Assembly: GCA_032718475.1 (NCBI GenBank) | Contig: JAUCBJ010006239.1 | Location: forward strand, 37,799-101,798 | Length of the DNA stretch: 64,000 nucleotides | Source: Nemertoderma westbladi | Taxonomy: Eukaryota; Animalia; Xenacoelomorpha | Direction: 5' to 3' | Part shown: positions 37,185 to 49,410 of the stretch, in pieces | How positions within the stretch are numbered: position 1 is the first letter of the stretch | How the letters are laid out: each line of letters begins with the position of its first letter | Made by a program: the position numbers and the translations under genes | The notes under the pieces: model-generated | The model's database searches: none | Told to the model about the DNA's origin: nothing | Seen by the model: the letters and a program-made list of their open reading frames with translations, nothing else

Positions 37185-39955
37185 CTATAGCATTGGAATC
37201 TGGTCCTGTAGCATTGGAATCTGGTCCTATAGCATTGGTATCTGGTCCTGTAGCATTGGTATCTGGTCCTATAGCATTGGTATCTGGTCCTATAGCATTG
37301 GTATCTGGTCCTATAGCATTGGTATCTGGTCCTATAGCATTGGAATCTGGTCCTATAGCATTGGAATCTGGTCCAATAGCACTGGTATCTGGTCCTATAG
37401 CATTGGTATCTGGTCCTATAGCATTGGAATCTGGTCCTATAGCATTGGTATCTGGTCCTATAGCATTGGAATCTGGTCCAATAGCACTGGTATCTGGTCC
37501 TATATCATTGGAATCTGGTCCAATAGCACTGGTATCTGGTCCTATAGCATTGGAATCTGGTCCTATAGCATTGGTATCTGGTCCTATAGCATTGGTATCT
37601 GGTCCTATAGCATTGGTATCTGGTCCTATAGCATTGGAATCTGGTCCTATAGCATTGGAATCTGGTCCAATAGCACTGGTATCTGGTCCTATAGCATTGG
37701 TATCTGGTCCTATAGCATTGGAATCTGGTCCTATAGCATTGGTATCTGGTCCTATAGCATTGGTATCTGGTCCTATAGCATTGGTATCTGGTCTTATAGC
37801 ATTGGAATCTGGTCCTATATCATTGGAATCTGGTCCAATAGCACTGGTATCTGGTCCTATAGCATTGGTATCTGGTCCTATAGCATTGGAATCTGGTCCT
37901 GTAGCATTGGAATCTGGTCCTATAGCATTGGTATCTGGTCCTGTAGCATTGGTATCTGGTCCTATAGCATTGGTATCTGGTCCTGTAGCATTGGAATCTG
38001 GTCCTATAGCATTGGTATCTGGTCCTGTAGCATTGGAATCTGGTCCAATAGCACTGGTATCTGGTCCTATATCATTGGAATCTGGTCCAATAGCACTGGT
38101 ATCTGGTCCTGTAGCATTGGTATCTGGTCCTATAGCATTGGTATCTGGTCCTATAGCATTGGAATCTGGTCCTATAGCACTGGTATCTGGTCCTATATCA
38201 TTGGAATCTGGTCCAATAGCACTGGTATCTGGTCCTATAGCATTGGAATCTGGTCCTATAGCATTGGTATCTGGTCCTATAGCATTGGTATCTGGTCCTA
38301 TAGCATTGGTATCTGGTCCTATAGCATTGGAATCTGGTCCTATAGCATTGGAATCTGGTCCAATAGCACTGGTATCTGGTCCTATAGCATTGGTATCTGG
38401 TCCTATAGCATTGGAATCTGGTCCTATAGCATTGGTATCTGGACCTATAGCATTGGTATCTGGTCCTATAGCATTGGTATCTGGTCTTATAGCATTGGAA
38501 TCTGGTCCTATATCATTGGAATCTGGTCCAATAGCACTGGTATCTGGTCCTATAGCATTGGTATCTGGTCCTATAGCATTGGAATCTGGTCCTATAGCAT
38601 TGGAATCTGGTCCTATAGCATTGGTATCTGGTCCTATAGCATTGGAATCTGGTCCTATAGCATTGGTATCTGGACCTATAGCATTGGTATCTGGTCCTAT
38701 AGCATTGGTATCTGGTCTTATAGCATTGGAATCTGGTCCTATATCATTGGAATCTGGTCCAATAGCACTGGTATCTGGTCCTATAGCATTGGTATCTGGT
38801 CCTATAGCATTGGAATCTGGTCCTATAGCATTGGAATCTGGTCCTATAGCACTGGTATCTGGTCCTATAGCATTGGTATCTGGACCTATAGCATTGGTAT
38901 CTGGTCCTATAGCATTGGTATCTGGTCTTATAGCATTGGAATCTGGTCCTATATCATTGGAATCTGGTCCAATAGCACTGGTATCTGGTCCTATAGCATT
39001 GGAATCTGGTCCTATAGCACTGGTATCTGGTCCTATAGCATTGGAATCTGGTCCTATAGCATTGGAATCTGGTCCTATAGCATTGGAATCTGGTCCTATA
39101 GCATTGGAATCTGGTCTTATAGCATTGTAATCTGGTCCTATAGCATTGGAATCTGGTCCTATGGCACTGGTATCTGGTCCTATAGCATTGGAATCTGGTC
39201 CTATAGCATTGGAATCTGGTCCTATAGCATTGAAATCTGGTCCTATAGCACTGGTATCTGGTCCTATAGCATTGGAATCTGGTCCTATAGCATTGGAATC
39301 TGGTCCTATGGCACTGGTATCTGGTCCTATAGCATTGAAATCTGGTCCTATAGCATTGGAATCTGGTCCTATAGCATTGGAATCTGGTCCTATAGCATTG
39401 GAATCTGGTCCTTTAGCATTGGAATCTGGTCCTATAGCATTGAAATCTGGTCCTATAGCACTGGTATCTGGTCCTATAGCATTGGAATCTGGTCCTATAG
39501 CATTGGAATCTGGTCCTATAGCATTGGAATCTGGTCCTATGGCACTGGTATCTGGTCCTATAGCATTGGAATCTGGTCCTATAGCATTGGAATCTGGTCC
39601 TATAGCATTGGAATCTGGTCCTATAGCACTGGTATCTGGTCCTATAGCATTGGAATCTGGTCCTATAGCATTGGAATCTGGTCCTATGGCACTGGTATCT
39701 GGTCCTATAGCATTGGAATCTGGTCATATAGCATTGGAATCTGGTCCTGTAGCATTTGGAATCTGGTCCTATAGCATTGGAATCTGATCCTATAGCATTG
39801 GAATCTGGTCCTATAGCATTGGAATCTGGTCCTATAGCATTGAAATCTGGTCCTATAGCACTGGTAATTGGTCATATAGCATTGGAATCTGGTCCTATAG
39901 CATTGGTATCTGGTCCTGTAGCATTGGAATCTGGTCCTATAGCATTGGTATCTGG
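37185..39955. repeat. 21-bp minisatellite (TGGTCCTATAGCATTGG[A/T]ATC)n, ~130 copies, with higher-order blocks
   Basis: Directly visible. The minus frame (GPD[S/T]NAI)n continues the YR ORF. Confidence 0.99.
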
Positions 39956-42900
39956 AGCAGTAGAACCAGGATGTAAAAGAGCAAAGTTGAATGCCCTTTG
40001 ATGTCTATCACGTGCTGCTAAAGCCTCACTGGTTGACTGAACAGCATCATATGTCCGTAATTGTGTATCCCTAGAATGACCCATTGAGTGAGCAGCGTTT
40101 TCTTTTTCATGGACTTCTCCTGGTAGTCTTTGGTTGAAAAAACCTGCCTTCGACTTGGAACCTGGGACAAGTTTTTGCCACAGGTTATTAAGTGGGATGC
40201 TGGTGTTGTTAAGTTGATCTCCATTACGTTTCACAAATACGAAACTTGAATCAGAAGACAACGTACGAGAAGTGTATAATGTGCGACCGATATAAACCCA
40301 TTTCTTTAATAAAACGTAATCCTTATAGCTAATGATAATTTTCTGTGGTCCATAAAATCCTGAGGTCTTGTGATTTGGTACTTGAAAAATAAACACATTA
40401 TTACCGCTGATATCCTTGGTTACAAAACCCTCCTTGAAATGTTTCAATTTTAAGTTCTTTCAACACACTCTCGCAATCCCAGGTCGTACATTATTAGACT
40501 TATAAGATACGTTTGCATTTCTGTCAGTTCGTCTTTGTCATCAACGTCAGGTAACCTTGTAATATTGTCGCGAATTTTATCAATATATGAAGACGTCTGA
40601 AACTTATTTATCTCCTCAGCTGTAGGCATGGTTTCCGTAGCCCTTTGACGAACTGTATAGGCGTGCTTTCTAACATCAGACTTCTGTCGCCGTTGTAAAT
40701 CTTTTGTCACTGTCAGGCCTTTCACGGCCCGCTAACATCATTTAAGACAAGAAATCAGAAGACAAGAAAGACAAGAAAGTATCTCTGAAGTCTCCTTAGT
40801 ACGGCTTTCAGTGTATTGGCAGACCGGGTGCCACCAACACGAATTTTCTCAGAAGCTACTTGACAGTATGCATTATGTAATTTTTGTGGATCACTTATCT
40901 CATGGAACCTTAGTATGTAGTTCTCTTTATTATCACCCATATGTTTGAAGAATGTTCTCACACTCGAATCTATCATTAAGATATCCCTCTCTCTTTCTTT
41001 TAATGATTCTTCATTATAATCTGCTTTCAAATAATCCCTAATTGATCCATCATAGGAGGTTCACCTGGTTCACCAGCGTCAATAGCAGGTAGTATATAAC
41101 GACTTGGATCATGTAACATTCGCTCACGCTCTGGATCTCCGGGTAGAAGATTGTGTTTACAAGTCAGAGGGTCACCAATCTTATAAAAACATTTATTGCA
41201 AATTAAGCACCGCGATATTCGTCGATTCGGTTTCTTTTTACCGCTTTTATATAATCTTATCACACGTCAGATTTCTTAAAATATAGTTCTTCACTCTCCA
41301 GAGACAGCCGGCTTAAAACCCCAGCATGTTGTATTTGGTGTCGATTGCGTAGATGATCATTAATTCGAAGCGTTTCTTTGTGACAGAGATTACAGATTCT
41401 AGGTATATGAGAGTCTTTTGATTTTTGTGGCTTGGAAACATCATCACAATCTCCATTGGTATCAATGCAATCTACGGAGAAAAAAACAAATTATATAAAT
41501 ATAATGAAGTAGGCCTATAAATAATTTGAATACTGGAGGGCTTATCTGAACTAAGTTAATGTATAATCAACTGACTGGGACTGTATTGTCGAGCCACGAA
41601 GTGAGCGAAGCCTTAGCATATGGGTACCATTAACGAGTTGTCGGCAGGTACTGGCAGACCGGTGCCGCATGCAGACGTGCCGGTTGCCTGTCAGCATGGT
41701 ATGGCTGAACCTGAACTGTATGGCAGTACACTCAGTACAGGCTTAAAATGTACCGGTAGGCTACCCTACCTGCTGACCTGTACAGGCAGACAGGTACCGG
41801 TAACAGGGTAATTATTCAGTAGAGCTAGACAGCTAAAGGCTACCTTTTTGATCGATAATAAAAACATCGTAATGTTCCCAGTCCAGCATATCAGATGGTT
41901 CCAACATTGATTGTTTCCTAAGTTTTTTAAACTTTTCATTAGATAATCTCTGGATGTTTGAAGGGTAAGGGCAGTAAGTTACCCATACCGTTTAGCCATT
42001 TCCATCCACCTCATTATCAGTCGACAACCAACGGGTCGGGACTGTTAGGCCTAATAGACTATTATCGACAATAAACTTCACCACAGAGAACATTATGCCA
42101 AGGTTAATTATGTTAAAGGAAAATATGCATTTAGGAAATGCGCAAATGTGAAGTTAAGGGCTAAAATCTGAAATGCTTTACAGCTTTACTGCTTTAGGCC
42201 TACGACTTTCATTTAGACTACCGGTAAGAGAGAACAAGTTTGCAGCACTGCATTTACTGTACTACGTTACGTACTACCATCTGACCATGGCCATGGTACT
42301 ACTGCATTAACGCGGATGAATATTACCACCGTACAACAGAAATCTAATATTCCATTAAGACAATGATGAACTTCAATTATATTGCTTTGAAAACACCAGT
42401 TTTCAAGAAAAAGATTTAATATGATAACTTTCATACCAGTAGCCAAACGTAACATATTTAGAGTGACAAAATTATTATCTTCAAAATATCCTATTTCAAA
42501 ATCAACACAATTTAACCCAGCAAAATATGTCTTAGGGCGTACTACATTATTAATGTGACGGGATCCGAGAGGATCCCGGTTTATCCGGTGTGTTTCGTAC
42601 GCGTCTCCGCCCCGCCGTGTGAATGGAAAAGGTAATAATTGTTCTAGTGTCGTTGTCGAACTCTGATAACGTTGAGATAATAAATGATGAGTGATACAGA
42701 TAGCACAGTAGATAAAGCTAATATACCGGTAATATGGTGACGGTGGCGACGACGGTCTTAACAGTCACCGTACTGCCTTACTGTACTGGGATAGCTGACT
42801 GAGTAAACTGACTATAATGATTACCGTACAGGTAATATATATTGCACGGGTTTGGCCGTTACAGTACTTAGTCGATGCTGTCCCCCCATTGGCTAATACC

Positions 42901-43599
42901 CATGTTGGCACCCTTTGCCCCCCTCTGAAGTGCTTCCCTTCGCCCTTGCTGTTCTCTCTTGGTTAGGGGTTTGGCCCCTGACCCCTATTGTGTGCTTCCT
43001 TCCCACTCTTATTGGGATGGCACGAGTTGGTTAATTGCCCAATCTCGTGGCTCCCAATATTGCTTATCGGCTAATAACTTTATGGGGTGTTGGCGGGATT
43101 GAATAAGCTAACACTCCCCCCCATGCTATCTTCCCGGTAAGAAGATAGCATCAACCAAAAAGTGCGTTACAATCCCGCTGGATCCCGATCTAGTATCGGG
43201 TGTGGGGTGGAGTTATTTTCTTTTCGGAGCCGGCTTTCCGGGCCGCTCCCTATGGGTATGATGTCACTACCCTCTGGCGTCTCGTGTCGGGCCGATCGTG
43301 CGCTTCTCTCACACAATTTTTGTTTCCCCAACACTCTCACCATTCTAACTTCGCTCTCTAACTCAACTCGCTCTCTCCCCACTCTTACACTCTCCCCACA
43401 CCTGAATCGCACTCTAACTTCTCGCCAACAGCTCTTCTCACTATCTCCTCTCTACTTTCTGCCACTCCCTAAGGCCCTAATCTCTAATGCTACCCCTGTG
43501 CTATCATACTATCTGCCTTATCTAACTTACTAACACTAACTATCTAACTCTACTAACTACTAACTCTGACTAAAATCCTCCAACTAACTCTATCTCTAT

Positions 43600-44125
43600 C
43601 TACGTGGCGCTAACGGTGCCCACAACCACAACCGGTACTACGTACCCTCTTACTAACTCTTTTCTCCATCTACGTGGCGCTAACGGTGCCCACAACCACA
43701 ACCGGTACTATGTACCCTCTTACTAACTCTACCTCCATCTACGTGGCGCTAACGGTGCCCACAACCACAACTGGTACTACGTACCCTCTTACTAACTCTA
43801 CCTCCATCTACGTGGCGCTAACGGTGCCCACAACCACTCTACTACTACTTTAACTAAAACCCTCTATCTACGTGGCGCTTGTGGTGCCCACAACCATTCT
43901 ACTACTATTTCTACTCTGCTACTATCTTTCTAACTCTACTACCTGGCACCCTATGTGCCCGTCTACCCTACTACTCTACTCTCTGGCACCCTATGTGCCC
44001 TCTCTACTACCTGGCACCCTATGTGCCCTCTCTACTACCTCTACTACGTGGCACCCTATGTGCCCTCTCTACTACCTCTACTACGTGGCGCTTCCGGTGC
44101 CCACAACCCCCCTACTACTACTCGT
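43600..44125. repeat. Internal tandem repeats in the 3' non-coding region (69-bp unit ~x4, then 25-37-bp TGGCACCCTATGTGCCC units)
   Basis: CTACGTGGCGCTAACGGTGCCCACAACCAC recurs at ~43600, 43669, 43738 and 43807. Confidence 0.9.
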
Positions 44126-44333
44126 GGCATGACAATATGCCACACTCCCTTACCCGCCGCCTTCTAACTCTCTACTTACTATCCTTTACTACTTCTAACT
44201 TCTACTAACTGTTACTTTCTTATTTTATTATTTAATTATTTTATTTAATTAATTAAATAATTATTTGTGTGGGAAGGGCGTCTCGCCCTCATTCCCACCC
44301 CCCTCAGTCCAAAATATTGGACGACTAAACCTC

Positions 44334-47300
44334 CTAACTAGGGCGATTCTTCCAACAGGCACTCTCCCACTGCTGCTCTTGTAGGTCCTGTAGGATTCGC
44401 CGCACTCTCTTCGCCAATTCCATCTCACCAGGAATTGGTTCTCCCTCTTTCACCACCCTAAGGTTGGGTCTCTCCACCGTCTTCTTAACTAGCTCATCTC
44501 CTGGCATCAAAATGCCACCTCCCTCCTTGTTGTCTCCCGCCGGCAGAATGAATAGAAAGTGAAAGAACAGGCAGAACAGAAGGTAGAATAATAGTCCTAT
44601 CCCTTTCCATCCTGCCTTCCTTCTCGACTTCCCCCTTGTCGGTATGCCTCCAAACTGGACCTGCGTCTCTTCCGGACACTCCTCTAGACACTCCTTCCGA
44701 CACTCCTCCGGGCACTCCCCCGGAGTGTTGTCCTCCGGACACCTCGCTGTCCGCTCCGCTCCATCTCCATACCGATGCTTGTTGGGAAACCTACTCTCCT
44801 CTGCCCACTTTCTTACTGTCACCTCCCTATCTGGCTCTACTATCTCTTGTTTCTCCTCTACTTCCTCTGCGTCTTCGGTGCCTGGTATCATGCACCCAGA
44901 TGTCTCTGTCACACTGCATGGGATGTTAGTTTTAACTGGGCCGCTAAGCATCCACCCGAACGGCGTGAGGATCGCCGTCGGATCCCGCTGCCTGTCTTCG
45001 CCGAAGACCGTCTTCGTTCTCTCGTGGGCCGTCGGGCAGTCCATCCCTACTATAATGGATACCTTCCTAACGTCCACCTTTGGTATTGAGAAATCGATAC
45101 CGTCCAGGAATCTATACTGCTCGACCTCAATGTTGGTTGGTCGCCCGGCGTTGATGTTTATCGATTCGATGACGTGGATGGGGTCGATCGTCGCCCCATA
45201 GCCGCATCCCGGTGCAATCGCTGCTATCCTGCACCGCCCCGTCCTCGTCTCCAGGACCTCATCTTTACTCGAGACGGTAGTTACCGCCATTCTGTTCGGC
45301 CTCGTCTTTAGCCCTATCTCTTCGGCCACCCAGTTCTCCACCAGCGTGAAGGCTGCTCCGCTGTCGACCAGCATTAACGTCGTTACTGATCGACCGCCCT
45401 CTCCTGATATCTTTACTGGTACTACCCCGAGTAGTACTTTTCTCTTCTTCTCCTCTTCTGGCGTACTTGTAGCCATTGTTTGGCCTCCAGTCTCGGACTC
45501 TCTAACTGCTGTTTCTCTACACTCTCCGGACCTGTGTCCTTCTACCACGCATCGATGACATAGTCCGTTCGCGTCTGTGTAGGCTATACGATCTTGTTTG
45601 GGCAACGCTTGCCAGTGCTTACAACTCATGGTCTTATGGGTTCCGTCCCGATGTAATTGACATTCGAATCCTGGATTATAGCGTTCCCTGTATAGTCCCT
45701 CACGTATCGCGCGTAGGTTTATATGTACCGATTTAGTGTTTTGGTTGTCTGTACTCGGCCTACTGGGTATGTTGGGATTATGTTTATTTATGGTGTTATT
45801 TTCTTTCTGTCCCTGCCACGGTGTGGCCCTACTACCAGCTAACTGTGGACTAGCAGTCCCCTGTGTGGCCGCATGTGGTAGTGATTGTCCTACTCTTGAG
45901 AATGGATCCGTCGGATTATGTTCGGGTTTATGGCTTGTCCCCAAACTATCCTCGCTATAGACTGGGTCTGTTATTAATTCGGCTTCATAGTTGAGGAAGC
46001 TCGACATCTCTTCTAAGCCCGGTTCCGCACCCTTCTTCTCCCGTGTGGAGAAGGCTATCTTCCTCCACTTCCTTCGTAACCAGATCGGCAGTGCCTGCGC
46101 TATCGTGGTGATGTTGTTAGACGCGTTGAGTTCGTATGGTGCGTCTAGCGTCTTTAACACGATTAACGCCTTCTCGACCTTGTTTGCAAAGGTCCTTATG
46201 CTAACGGGATTGTCCTGTAGGCCATCCGATGTTATGCCTCTCAGGGTTTGCCGGATGATCTTGGCCGGGTGCCCGTATTCCCTATCTAGCGCCCGCCATG
46301 CTGTCGTGAAGCCGCCCTCGATGCCCTGGTACTGCCTCACGATGTCGTATGCTGGGCCTCCTGTATATACTTGCAGATATTTTAGGCACTCCGCCTGCGT
46401 CAAGTTCTTACTTAATATTTCGTTACTATACATGCGCCGAAACTGTAGATATTCTTCCGGCCTACTCCCATCGAATTTAAATGGTTCCACAGGTGGTAAC
46501 TCGATCCTAGTTTTTAACGCATCGATCAATGTGGCCATTCCCATCGCTTGCGCTTCTAATGGGTTCGATGGATGTTGTATAGTTTCTCCTGTTGGGTACG
46601 GTCCGTCCGTCCTATCTGTTGACTTTGCTTGTTGCGTCGGATATATCATTGGGGGTAACGGCCCCCTCCATATTTCCGTGTCGCATGATCTGTTCTCGTC
46701 CAAGGGGTTCGATGTTCTCGCTCCTATTGGGGTATATTGTTGATATTGTGATGGGGGAATGTCACCCTGTCCCCCTCCCACCGGTATGTTTGGTACTGGG
46801 GTTGATGTTAATATATTGGGGCCCATACATCTATCTGCAATAATTCCCCCCTCCCCTGGATATATGTTGTGTCCCTGGAAATTATAGTCATGCTGCTGTA
46901 CCGGTACCGATATAGGCCTATTCACTTCTTGCCTACCTACCGGTATGTACTCCGCGACTTCCGGGTTTAATCCCGTCGTCCGCGCTACCCTATCGCCTAC
47001 TCTATCTCTCCCAGCATGGCCTATAATAGTATGAGCAGTAAGGCCTACAGTATGTCCTGCAGTCTGCATGTGCCCTTCCGAATCGAAGTTTATTCTTCGC
47101 GAATCTCGAATCTCCCCGCGACTACCGTACTCTCGATCGGCAGCTATATCCCGTCGGGAAGCTTCTCTTCGATCCCCATTCCTGTTCTCTTCTTCGTATC
47201 GGTACATCCTGTACCCCTCTCTTAGCGTGTGGTGCGTTTCTCCGGGGCGACGGCAATCTCCCGAAGTCCGACCCCACTGACTCCCTAATTCCATCTCTAC

Positions 47301-49410
47301 TAGCGACGGCTCGCTATCCGTCCTCGCTCTCCGGTTGCTCCTAGCAACGACTCTTCTATTATCTTCCTTTCTTCTCTCTTCGACCTCTCGGTTAAACTCT
47401 GCTAATCTTCTTCTATCTTCGACCTCTCTATTATACTCTACTAATCTTCTCCTATCCTCGACCTCTCTATTAAACTCTACTAATCTTCTCTCTTCTGACT
47501 GGGCTCGACGTTCCGTCGCCCGCCCTCTCGCGACGTCAACCTGTATCTCTCTGCTCGATCGCACGCCGCTGGGGATACTCGCAATCCCCCTATTACTCTC
47601 CATCGCCGGGTGTTGCGGTTTACCTAATTCGGCCCGCGCATTATCCGCCGACGCCCGTGGGACACTCTCTGCCCCCCCCTCTCTCGCTACTAATCTCTCG
47701 TGGTGGGGCGCCCGTAGTCCCCCCCCACCCGCCACTTCTAACTTCATTATCTCTCACTACACTTCTGCGTCCCTCTTGTGGGGCATTCTCTGCCCCCCCT
47801 CTCTCGCCACTAATCTTCCGTGGTGGGGCGCCCGTAGCCCCCCCCCACCCGCCACATCTAACTTCAATATCTCTTACTTCGTCTCTACACCCCTCTCTAG
47901 TCGACACACTATCTCTACTACGGCTGGGTCTATTCACCCCCGCCTCTCTCTCTACTACTGCGAGGCCTACCAGGCCCACCCCGGGTTGGCTCAACCCCGC
48001 TACCTCCTGCCTACCAACTACGTGGCCTACCAGGCCGCCGTCGGGTTGGCGCAACCCCGCCACTTCTTGTCTACTAACTACGTGGCCTACCAGGCCGCCG
48101 TCTGCCGGGCTATACACGTCTGTCGCGTTCACATTAATAGCACCATTCCCAATATTATTTGTTAAATCAATTAAATTATTAGAATTTGAAACGGAATTAT
48201 TTAAATTATTTAAATTAGAGTTGTTATTATTTTCAAAATTTAAATTGCTATTCGAATTATTTGAATTATTTTGATTATTCTGAATATTTGAATTAATATT
48301 ATTATTTGAATTTAAACTTAAATTACTACTACCGGGTAAAATATTTCCTGTAATAAAGGGATTAGGGTTATTTACTACGGTACTATTAATACCAATATTT
48401 CCTAACGCACTACTACTACCCCCCTCGCCCGTACGGCTACTGTACGTGTACCGCACGCTCTGTTCTCTCGCCTCACGCTCTTCGCGTTCACTCTCTTGCT
48501 CTTTCCTTCTCCCCATTATCCACTCTAATTTCTCTCTAGTTCTTAATTCATACGCTGCCAGATTTATCTCCTGCACCCTTCTTTCTTTTGCGGAGGATGT
48601 AGCAGACTTATAGGTTGCGACGGACTCCCGCCGCCCCTCCGTCCTACTAACTTTCCCCCGCTCTCCGGGGTTCTCGCTGACCAACGAGACCGAATCCTCG
48701 GAGCTAACCTCGGATTCGCCCTCGTGCGGTCCCGCCCAACCCACTAACTTAACTTCCCTGGCATCGACTAAGTATGGCCCTATGTACACTACACCAGGCC
48801 CCATACCCCTACGTTCCCATAGCCCAAACAGTTCGATGGCAACCCCTCTCGCTCTCTCGCTGGCTAGTTCTCCCTGGCCAGAACGCACTAGGTAATCAAA
48901 GTATCTGTTCGACTCACCTAGTCGTCTCCTCAACTTCACCTGGTCTATCTCAACCCCTCCTCTAGCTTCCTTCAGTTGTTCCCGGGTCGCGGCGTAGGCT
49001 CGTCGAAGTCGATCAGAAACCCCGACATCCTCGTCGCCGACCTCCCCTCCATCTCTCCGGGTCCGACGTCGTACCGGCGGCCCCACCGTCGCCGTTCCGG
49101 TGGGCCGTCCGTCGCCCTCGGTCTGTGGCTGACCGGCGACATCGGTACGTCGACCCTCGCTCCGCGTCGACTCGTCTTTCTCCTCTCCCGTCTCACTCTC
49201 TCCTCTACTCGACTCGCTCTCTCCTCGTAGACGACCCCCCACATCTTGGTTCGCCGGGTTGCTCGTTATCGACGTGGCCTCAACGTGCGTCGACGTGGTC
49301 GGCGTAGCATCGACCGGCGTCGTGGGTCCGTATCGTCTCGCCGTGGCCTCGCGGATCGTTAGATCGTCGTCCGGGGTCCGCGGCGGTGTCGTTCCTCTCT
49401 CTCGACTCAT
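44334..49410 (-). CDS. Gag-protease polyprotein (~1690 aa if one extra base in the C8 run at 47672-47679 is removed); reported as ORFs 47641-49410 and 44334-47747
   Basis: IELPPVEPFKFDGSRPEEYLQF, AWRALDREYGHP, CHRCVVEGHRSGEC, MLVDSGAAFTLV, AILTPFGWMLSGP. The paralogous 120-bp repeat has C7 (47793-47799), which restores one frame. Confidence 0.9.

Larger units (their letters stand above)
36356..42040 (-). pseudogene. Spliced, decayed gene: two C2H2-like fingers, tyrosine recombinase, repeat linker and small basic C-terminal domain (Crypton-like YR element)
   Basis: Exon starting 41471 encodes RICNLCHKETLRINDHLRNRH and RCLICNKCFYKIGDPLTCKH. YR motifs: YDLGLREC (R), QVPNHKTSGFYGP (K), AHSMGHSRDTQLRTY (H,Y). 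Phase-compatible intron 41843-41472. Last exon 36593-36356 follows a TTTCTTGTTTAG acceptor. Several stops and frameshifts. Confidence 0.8.

Noticed and set aside
37185-39955. CRISPR-like array
   Set aside because: Units are contiguous with no unique spacers, there are no cas genes, and the context is eukaryotic.
37165-40001. 869-aa (SIGIWSY)n and 645/213-aa (SGPIALE)n plus-strand ORFs
   Set aside because: By-products of a stop-free 21-bp repeat. The only flanking coding context is on the minus strand.
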